Below are positions 1 to 10,147 of a stretch of DNA of 32,587 nucleotides, one piece after another. Every line of letters begins with the position of its first letter. The first letter of the stretch is position 1. The notes beneath the pieces were generated by a model. It ran no database searches and was not told where the DNA came from. It was given only the letters and a program-made list of their open reading frames with translations. Source of the stretch: Conidiobolus incongruus B7586 (Eukaryota); the NCBI GenBank assembly GCA_000697335.1, contig JNEM01011054.1, positions 1 through 32,587 on the forward strand, in the 5' to 3' direction. A program made the position numbers and the translations under genes.

Positions 1-7
1 ATTAATA

Positions 8-563
8 TTACCTTGAATTTGAAATAATGGGAAATTTTTTAATTTCTGATTTTTCAAACATATTATTAATTTGAAATGAATAAATATATACAAAGTTAAT
101 AGGAAATTATATATTGCTTTTTTAAATAAAAGTATTTCTAATTGGTGTTCTCAATATAATTTGAGAAGACCTATTATTTTGCATGATAATTGCAAAATAC
201 ATAAATCTAAAGCTGTAAAAAACTTTCTAATTAAAAATAACTGGAAAGAATTACCACATCTAGTATATTCCTTTGATTATAACCCATGTGATTATAATTG
301 CTTTAGGCAATTAAAAAACCAGCTTGCAGGAAAAAAAATTTCTGCAGGAAAATTTAATTGGTTTGTGAAATATCAAATTTCAGTCCTTAATAAAAAGAAC
401 TGTTTTTTAGGTGTTAGAAGTTTGCCAAAAGTATGGCAAAAAGTTATTAATAATAAAGGAAACTATTAAATTTATATTATATATTTATTTTTATATATCA
501 TATATTCAAATGTTTATTTATTTTTAATCACAAAAAATTCCCATTATTAAAAATGCAGAGTAA
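8..563 (+). mobile_element. Internally deleted, non-autonomous Tc1/mariner (mariner DD34D) DNA transposon, ~556 bp
   Basis: Imperfect TIRs: left TTACCTTGAATTTGAAATAATGGGAAATTTTT (8-39) versus the reverse complement of 532-563, TTACTCTGCATTTTTAATAATGGGAATTTTTT. TA flanks both ends (6-7 and 564-565). The interior encodes a transposase C-terminal fragment. Confidence 0.85.
161..469 (+). pseudogene. C-terminal fragment of a mariner transposase
   Basis: ILHDNCKIH...NNWKELPHLVYSFDYNPCDYNCFRQLKNQL matches the mariner pattern LHDNARPH...GWEVLPHPPYSPDLAPSDYHLF. There are exactly 34 residues between the last two Asp. It ends in a KVWQKVINNKGNY tail typical of mariners. The N-terminal HTH and first catalytic D are absent and the ORF begins at TTG. 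Confidence 0.85.
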
Positions 564-2997
564 TACTTAATAAAAATTTGTTTATGAGATTGACAAAAAT
601 CATATTTGTTTCTTTATTCTTATTATTGAAAGTATAACCTCTTGAAATAATTTATCAGCAAGATTAATAATTATTCATTAAAAATCAAATTCAAAAAAAT
701 ATTTTTTTCTAATTGATAATTTGAATTATTAATATTCAAATATTATATATATATTTTACAATTTTCAGTTTTAATAATACAAATTGAAGTTTTAATTTTT
801 TTATTTAGATATTAATATATAATTTAAATTAATTAGTACTTTACTTGTGAAAATAAAAATAAGTTAAAATTAATTGTGACAATAGTTATAATTTGAAAAT
901 TTTCATGAAATTAAAAATTACAAAATTATATGATAGTAATTTCAATTAATACTTAGTCAATTCTTAAGAAATCAACATGTTTATCTTTAGTCTGGGTTAT
1001 GAATTAACAAATGAATTGGTTATATATCGTTTTTCTAATATTTCGATAAAAGAATATTATAGTATTGGGTAGACGTCATTGATAAAGTTTACATTTAATA
1101 GTTAATGTAATATTCAAAGATCGTTATCAAATTCTTTCTGTATATTCATAATAGAATATTATAATTAAACTCACTCAAATTTCTTAAATTTTGTAAGTAT
1201 TATCTTATGATTCTAAATTATCAATTAAATTAATATGGCTAAGAATATTCTTGATTTGAATCTATTACATCTGTTGTACTTTATAAATTCAATATTTTTA
1301 AACACACAAAATATAATATTAATCGAATTTGTGTATAGAGTTAGTGATATATACACCAAAGTTTAATTTTCTATACTTGAAGTAATTCATATATAAAATT
1401 GAGTTTTTATTTTGAGAAAAAATCATTTTGTAGAAATAATGAATAGTTATATCACTTAATATTGTAATTCAAACTATTCTGATAGATTGATAAACTACAA
1501 CTTTGAAACTTTATATCATATATTTGATAAATAAATTTTAAAATTTAAATGAAAAAAAATATATAAATTTTTCAATATTAATATGTTACAATTTATAATG
1601 AAGTATCAAATATATTAAAATATTCAGATCAGAGACTTATTATTTTTTAATAACGGAAGAAAGCAGTAATAATTATATTTGATAGGTCCATTAGAGATTT
1701 ATAAAAGATATCATAGACTTTTTTTCAAATAACCTCGAATTTAGTTTATAGGATAAAATTATCAATCAATCGTAAATAAAAAATAAGCAAAGAAATTTCT
1801 AAAATATTAAGGGATATTTATTATTTAATATGAATATAAAATGACATATCAATTACACAAATATACCTTGAAATAGTAAGAGTTCAATTTTACAGCAAAA
1901 TTAAAATTTTAATTTTAAAATTATTTACTTTTGGCATAATATACCCATCCAACAATAATAATTATATTTTTCAATATTATACTCTTAACCTGAATGAATT
2001 ATATATAAAAATGATATTTATTTTGAAAAAAAATAAATCATAGATGTAAATTTATATTAAACCTTAAAGTTTTAAATAATAATAATAATAGTAATAATCT
2101 TTTTAAAATAAATTTAATTAATTTTTAATTTTAAAATTATAAAAGAATACTATAATAAATCCAATATTATAAGATAATATTATTCACTAATTACCATTTA
2201 AATATATCTTAGTCATGAGTTATTAATTTTGATAATAAATTATTTTAAATTATATCACTTAATAATATTTTTATTTATTAATCGATCCAACTTAAATTAT
2301 AAAATTTAAATTTATTTTTTATTAGAAAAAAAAAGAATAAAGAAGAATAAATTATTAAATTAATATAATAATATATTAATATATATTTTTTTTAATTTTA
2401 TTATAAATAAAATATATAATTTTAAAGTTAAAAAAAGATAAGAATTATATAAATAGAATTATACAATTATTTAATGTTTAACACTTAATATAAATTAATA
2501 ATAAATTAAAATATTATAATTAATTAATATTATTATTACTTCATTCTTTTTTTTAAAAAAATAAAATATTTTTTTTAATTAAATAATATAAAAATTTAAG
2601 AATTTTAATTCTAAGATTTAAAATTAATAATATACTTGATTTAATGAAAGGGAAATTTATTAAATTATAATTTTTTTTATTATCATTAAAATACTATAAT
2701 AAGTATTTAAAAATATTACTTTAATTGTTAATTAATTTATTTCTTTGTTAAATAAAGTAATTGGCAAATAGTTTATATTAGGATGGGATACAGGATTTTG
2801 CATAATAATCTGTTTATTATTATACATAAAGATACTTTATAATAATCAAATATTCAAACTGGTTAAATATATTAGTGGATATTAGTTATTTTCTGATGTT
2901 ATGTTATATAGACAAAATTAGTTGTTATATTTTGGTGTAAGAGATTATATCCGGTGTTCCAACAACAAATAATAAATAAACAATTCCAAAGTATCAG

Positions 2998-3974
2998 CTA
3001 TGGATACATTTTAGGATGTAAATCTAAGTTAAAATGGATAGAGGAGCATTCTGGATGGTTAATGGAATCAGGTGGATAGTGATGAGATGATAAAGTGGGA
3101 GGAATTGTATAGACATATTCAATTTGGTTAGCGATCGAGGAATCATGTTTCCAATTGGGATTGATATACATATTGTGAGGGATGGTATATGGAGTGGGAA
3201 TATGGGCGGAGCTATGGAGATGTTTGTTAAGAAGTTCAAACTCTTCCTGAAGCTGTGTGAACTGTGCATTTATCTGTTCTAATCTTGAGATACAAAAGTC
3301 CGTATAGCTCTCTTTCGAAAAGTTGGAAGGAATTGGATTGAGATCGTTGGTATCAAAGTTAGGAAGAGCGTTCATATTTATATCATCATTACACATAGAC
3401 ATAATGTCTGAGTACTGAAAAGAGTTAGAAGCCAATAAGGGGGTATCATGCCCATCTGTTTCGGAGGAATTAGGTGAATAACTATTCCCTGAGACAGTAT
3501 TTGAGACCGTTTTTCCAACGAATACTTGTCTAGTTATTTGACTTCTTAAATCTGGTCTATCTCTTAGGAATTTTTCATGTTTGAAAGAGCATGTCAATCT
3601 GCCAACATCCTTCCTGTGCCTTCGACCATCACTGGTTCGTTTGAATCCATATATCTAAAGAGAATAAAAGTTAGAAATTATTTAATATAAACAATATTAA
3701 AAAGTTTTACATTAAGCTGACGGATAAAAGAGGCGATAGAGCTGTTCTTGAAATATTGATTCAATACTTCTCTTTCAAACCTGGGAATATTTTCAATTTT
3801 AATTTCTGTTCCCTTTTCATTCCAATAAATTAATCTGGTATCAGCATTCTCTTCAATCAACCTATTCCAGTTCATTAAATTGAATATTATCATACACCGA
3901 TTCTGAATTGATTACCTATACAACTTTTGAATAAAAGTACTTTTCTTTTTAATCACTTTAGAATCTCCTTTCAT
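2998..3974 (-). CDS. HSF-type DNA-binding domain transcription factor, 3 exons (3974-3916, 3861-3711, 3654-2998), 288 aa
   Basis: The spliced translation STFIQKLYRLIEEN...[43 protein letters not shown]...SFKHEKFLRDRPDL is an HSF winged-helix domain. Two GT-AG introns restore the frame. A short heptad segment (LEQINAQFTQLQEEFELL) lies downstream. Confidence 0.9.
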
Positions 3975-6900
3975 TGAATAATAATATCAAATTAATTAAC
4001 AAGAGAAGAGTTCGTAAAAGATCAATAAACTAGAGTGAAAATTGATTAAAATGGTCATTTATAAAGGAATTTTAAACAATAGAACTTAATGAAAGAATTT
4101 CCAACTTAAGGAAAATCATAAAAGGATTCACTAAAATCAATGTGTTCAAAATATTTAGTGATTATAGTCAACAAAATATTAGTTAATACCAAAAAAATAA
4201 TACAAATTGGCAATTAATGGTATTAATAATCGATTAATCAACTGGGTTATATTAAAATTATTCTATTTATATTTTACAGGTTTAGTTGATTAGTATACTT
4301 TAAAAACTTGAACAATGCAACTAATCCTTATTAATATTTATGTTTATTATTAATTTTTATTGTTGATTGAAAATTCATCAACAATTCATATATTTATTCT
4401 TTATTATTTTAAAAAAGAAGGATTCCCTTTAATTAAAGCAAAATATATTTTAACCATGATGGATATTTACCTTAGAAAATATGATGATAATCTGTGTATA
4501 TAATTAAAAGTTTAAATGTGTGCGATTAAAAGTATGGAATGAAATATTTTCAACTTGATTAACATAAATGGTGATTTTTTATATTTTTTTTATTGTTTTA
4601 AAATAGAGTAAATATCATAGAAGTTAAAACATCAATATTTCTAATGAGGTTATATAATTATATATATATAATATATATTTTTTGAACGATTATTATTATT
4701 GATTTTTCAACTTTTATTTTTGATATATTTTATTTTATTGAATTAAATTGATTGAAAATGTTTCTAATAATTGAGAACATCTAACTTGAAATTACTAATT
4801 TGGTAATGTCAACAAATCTTTAATGATATCATAGGGTTGTGTATTAATATTTGAAGGGATAGAGATATAAAGCAATGAATTAAAGTGCGATATTCAAAAT
4901 TTTATTTATCTATTATAATATGTTTCAGGTTGAGGAAATTATCAATCATTTTGCTATCCCTCCCAAATCCTTGCTCAATATTAATAAAGTATGGATTCTG
5001 GTCATTGTTATGAATCAATAAAAGACAATATTCAGTTCGCCAATGACGATTGAATAAACCTGAAAGTTGATATTACCAATTCTTTATTAATGGGCCTATA
5101 ATTAAAAAATTAATCAAATGATTTCACTAATTTAACCCTTTCTATTTCCAGATTAATCCAAATATTTTACAAAATTTAAAATTTGATCTCAAATTTTAAA
5201 ACCAATCATTTGACAATTAGATAAAGTTGATGAAATGAGAATGAATATTTAATAATATAGACATATCGTATGATAATTTCGCTTATTTAATGGATTTTTG
5301 TTTGAAATATTACCAGTAGAATATTACATAATATTGAAAATTCTAATTATAAAATTTAAAATATTTGAAATATTAATCAAATTAATCAAATATCAAGTAT
5401 TTTTATAAGGGGTAGAAGATCATACTTTGAAGCAGATTATATCATTTAAACCCTGTTCAAATAATATTTCATAATCATTGTATCAACAATTCCGATCAAT
5501 GAAAGATTATGTATTGATAATGAATTTTGTATAATTGTTAAAAATTAATATATATATATATATAATATTTGAATTCATTTTGAAAAATTCAGTTTAATTA
5601 GAACCTAAGAAATAATATAGTTGATAGCTATCAAACAATAATGCTATTAAAATAATAGAATTATAAGTTATTCAAATTTTACAATCGCCACAAAAATGAT
5701 ATAGTTAATTAATTTTAATTGAATTTGTATATAATACAGGTTGACATCAATAATGTTACTATATAATTTTTAGTGATATTATTATAACTAATGTTAACTG
5801 AAAACTTTTATCGTTGTTGGCAAAATTTATACTGATTTAATTAATTTACATTTTATTGATTTTGGAAAGAACAATGAAATAGTATATTAGTCAAAAAAAT
5901 TACGAAAAAAAGCTGTTAAATCAATAGGCATAATTTGTTAATTAATAAAATAAAAGCTTTGTTCAATGAAGTATAAGGCTGGATATAGGGACTGCTTGAA
6001 TTTATACATATCTCCCCCTAGTTTTCAATCTCATCTCGGGCCCTAAAACAAATAAAAGAGTTAGCCTACTTTGAAAATGATATTATAACATCAATTTCTT
6101 AAGTTTTTTAAAAATTGGATAAGAAATGTATACTTAATAGAAATAAACATCAATAAATGTACATTAGTTTGTACCCAATTGAAAGTGTAATTTCAATTCA
6201 ATTAACTGTTTTTGGGTATATTATTCGCAATATTATTTTAATATCAAATTCATTTAATTAAACAAGATTCATAAAACATTTTTGGAACTTCTTTTATACT
6301 TTATTAGACCGAGATTAAAAGTTTGATCCATAAAACTGAGTAATTGTTTTACTATTTTGATTTAGAGAGAAATCGGTTGAATAGCACTATTATTGTTATT
6401 TCAACATGATTGGCACATAGATATATCAGATGATATTCAAAACTTGTTATCACTGTTTAGCTAATAAGCTCTTCAAGGATTAATATCAACACACAGTTTT
6501 TTAATTTATACCCATTTTATCCAGAAATAATTCAATTTGTCAAGAATTTATTCCATACCAATAAAACTTTAAATTTTGAAAAGGAAAATTGGAGCCGATA
6601 AAATTTTAATTGATATTAATATTATAAAAATGATATTTTTTCAAATAACTCTATCAATCACGTTTCACCCACACAATTGTTTAAATTGATAAATTATAAA
6701 AATTGGTTTTAGGAATGACATATATTAATATATACCTGATAAATACAACTTTATTTCCATTCTATTAATATTCCTAATAATAGTAAATGGTATAACTTTA
6801 ACGAGAAATGTTTAATAAATTTAATGATTCCTATTATGATGAATTTTTTCATAATATTTGATATTTTCAATAAGATTCAACTTTAATGGAGTGTATAATA

Positions 6901-7220
6901 TATTAACAAATTGTCAAATTATTTACTTAATGCTAATAATCACTTTCTTTGTTTTAGTGAATTAATTATATATTTTTTAAATAAATTTTGATGTATAATG
7001 ATAAAATTAATATTATCTTTATTAATTTATATTTTTTTTTCTAGTATATTGTGATTAAAATTCAAATACAGAACAAATGAGTTCATTTTTGGCAAGGTCT
7101 ACCAAATTTGATGAAATATATTTTTTTATGAATTCTATTAAATTTGATCAACAGTATCCACAAAGCGGTATAATTGCCAAATGATATTTGATATAAATTT
7201 GAAATATAATCCCGTTATAG

Positions 7221-7291
7221 ATTTTTAGTGAATAAGAAATGATTTGATTAACATTTTTAGTGAATAAGAAATGATTTGGTTAACATTTTTA
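7221..7291. repeat. 32-bp tandem duplication (2 copies plus 7 nt, one mismatch)
   Basis: ATTTTTAGTGAATAAGAAATGATTTGATTAAC (7221-7252) is followed by ATTTTTAGTGAATAAGAAATGATTTGGTTAAC (7253-7284) and ATTTTTA. Confidence 0.9.
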
Positions 7292-8247
7292 TCTCTATTG
7301 ATTTGAAATCCCTTAATTTACCTTAAAATAAAATAAATAATTTGATGCTAGAATTTATATTGTTAAATATCTTTGATTAAAATCGATTTAATAACCTTGA
7401 CAATACAGGTAAAGTGGTGCCCAATATTACCATGATATTAATCACTGGTAAAATTGTATAGTCGGTAAAATTGCTACTAAATTAAACTTGAATTTCAGAA
7501 CATACACATTCTTGTAAAACATAGCTCAAGGGTAAATTTTAACTGCGAAGCTATATTTTGATTAATATATATAGCTTAGTCTGATTACTATATATTAATA
7601 TCTATGATATTGTACAAGTTGCAAAAGGATTTTGTATGAGATTTTGGTAATTTCAACTCAATACATTTTGAGTTGATTAATGACTTTAAATTCTGTCTTG
7701 TTGTGGTATTTGTCAATAATATATATAACTTATCATAGGTTTTATAAGCAAAATAAATACTATATTCATATATATATATATTTTCCCTTTCACAATAATT
7801 TTCAATAACTGTAACTTAAATTGAAACCTGATTCTAATTGAGGTGAAATTTGGGATAGAAAATTAGAACATTTCAAGTATGATATATTAATATTACTTTA
7901 TTCGGTAATATCAAAATAGAATATATTAAGATTATGCAAACTTTAAAGGATTTGTTAATAAGGAGTTCGGAGATATCAAATATTTTCAATGCTGGATTAT
8001 ATTAAATAAATTAATTTAATAAATAATGTTTATTGGATAATAATAATAATCAATTCAAATTTTATAAAATAATAATTTGAAATATGTGTTGCTCAATTTG
8101 CATCAAAATTTTCAATTCAATATCAAAATCAAATCTATGAAACCCATAAATTAAAACTGATTTCAATTATTAACATAAATATAAGTGAAATAGCAAAACT
8201 CAATTGAAACAAATAATTAGCAAATATCAATATAGAAAATAAAACAA

Positions 8248-10048
8248 ATGAAAATTAAACCTAATAGTAGACTAAATCTACTACAATTTTTAAACAATAG
8301 CAATAAAAGATATTTTTCCAATGTCTGCAACTTATTGGCTAATTCAATTAATAAAAAATTTACAACTGTCAAAGATCGCAAAGAATATGCTCTAGCTAAA
8401 ATTGAAAGGGATAAATTATCTCGAGGCGATTTTAATTCGAATTTGCCACCTAAAGAATTTAAAGTACCAAAAAAGAAATGCGCTATACTGTTGGGATTTT
8501 TGGGATCAGGGTATTCTGGCATGCAAATGTAATTTAATCAACATAATATTATTTGAAATCAATTTTTAACTATATTTACAAAAGTCACCCTAAAGCTAAG
8601 ACTATAGAGGGTGAAATTTTTAAAGCATTATGCGAAGTTGGAGCGATTTCTAAAGAAAATGCCGATAATTTTAGAAAGGTAAAAATCTAATAATCAATTT
8701 TAATTGCGTATTTGATTTTACCATGAATCAATCCATATAGTCTAGTATTGTAAGAGCTACAAGAACCGATAAAGGAGTGCACGCATGTGGTATGGTGATG
8801 AATATGAAGATAAGTATTTTAATTATCAATCAATATAACTCTATCTAATCATGGTCCCCATCCATTTCTCAATATTGGCGACCTTTTACATTCAGTACCC
8901 AATTGAAAATTTAGTCGAAAAAGTGAATCAGATATTACCCAATCAAATCAGAGTCTATGGTATATCATTTTATTTGAAAAATATATTGCGCATTATTTAT
9001 CAGCTCATTTAGGAATTTTTCCAGTAATCAATGCATTCCACGCCAAAACCTACTGTAGAGGCAGAATTTATGAATATTTATTACCGTCTTATGTATTCAG
9101 TCCAATCAGCACCATTTTAAAAGATGTCAATCAACTAAATTCCGAATCATTACAAGAATTATATAGCTATAGATTAGATTCCAATACTTTAGAAAAATTG
9201 CAAAACATATTTAATTGCTATTCAGGGACTAAAAATTTTCATAATTATTCTCAAGATCGATACTTTAATGAAACGAGTTCTAAAAGGGTGATTCGATATT
9301 TCAAAGTAATTCTTTTAATAATTTAATCTTTATTATCATATTTATAGTTATAATTTAGGTTCATGATCAATTTATTAAAGAGGGAATTGAATGGCTATTA
9401 TTAAGAGTTGAAGGTGATTCGTTTATGTATCATCAAATTAGAAAAATGATAGGTAACCATATATGCTTCAATATATTGATCAATTATATTTAATTAATAT
9501 CTAGCCATGTCAATTATGTTAACGCGTACCAATACACCCAATGAAATTATGGACCGATCGTTTGAGAATAGAAAATTTGAAATACCAACAGCGCCAGCAT
9601 TTGGCTTATATTTAGAAAGGGTAAATATATATTTATTACAATATCAATATAATATATTCATAGATCTTATAGACTCTATTTACTGATTATCCTCAAAAGT
9701 TAAAAGAATTAGGATTTAAATTAAATCCAATAAATTTTCAAAATTATGAAGTAAATAAATAATTATTATTAATTTATTAATTTTTATAAAAATGATTAAT
9801 TTTTAAAATTTAGGATCAAATCAAAGATATAAAATTCAATTTAATTTTCCCCAATATTATAAATCAAGAATTATCTCAATACGAGTAAATATTTTCTTTT
9901 TAACTTTGTTTTTTTAATTAATTTTTTATAATTTAGATTCTTAAATTTTATAAAGTATTTGGAAAATAATTACTCGAAATATGAATGGCTAGGTTGTCAT
10001 GGAAAAGTTCCAGAATTGGGTACTGCTAATAAACCTGAAAATATTTAA
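8248..10048 (+). CDS. PUS1: tRNA pseudouridine synthase, TruA/Pus1 family, paralog A (probably mitochondrial). 10 exons: 8248-8528, 8585-8678, 8741-8809, 8890-8959, 9013-9305, 9359-9452, 9505-9620, 9673-9750, 9814-9884, 9937-10048; 425 aa
   Basis: Motifs KKKCAILLGFLGSGYSGMQI, TIEGEIFKAL, catalytic RATRTDKGVHA, RIYEYLLPSY, GTKNFHNYS, GDSFMYHQIRKMI and IPTAPAFGLYLE. The frame is open through all exons when intron 3 is read as AT-AC (8810-8889). The N-terminus is basic and non-acidic with a KRYFS motif. Confidence 0.9.
8810..8889 (+). other. Putative non-canonical AT-AC intron (intron 3 of PUS1 paralog A) with an internal hairpin
   Basis: AAG|ATAAGT...TCTAAT...CCTTTTAC|ATT. This phase-0 join gives GMVMNMK|IQYPIENLVEKVN. 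The same junction occurs in paralog B. Stem GGTC-C-CCA/TGG-C-GACC at 8853-8883. Confidence 0.75.
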
Positions 10049-10147
10049 TAGAATCCCATTAAATAAAATCATCAATTAAAACAATAAAAGGCTGCAATAA
10101 AATCCAATTGCTTAAACTATCATTTGATTTGATTTAACCATTGATAA

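Noticed and set aside
1990..2750. Extremely AT-rich tract as a centromere, origin or MITE
   Set aside because: No defined repeat unit, TIR pair or motif was found, and composition alone is not enough.
7221..7291. 32-bp repeat as a CRISPR array
   Set aside because: Only two adjacent copies with no spacer, in a eukaryotic context. It is a simple slippage duplication.
7447..7540. Repeated GGTAAAATTG/GGTAAATTT words upstream of PUS1-A as regulatory sites
   Set aside because: They are short and AT-rich, and chance occurrence cannot be excluded.
8810..8889. Classical U12-type (minor spliceosome) intron
   Set aside because: The donor is ATAAGT, not ATATCC. A CCTTGAT branch-like word occurs only in paralog B. 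U12 ancestry remains possible but is not supported directly.
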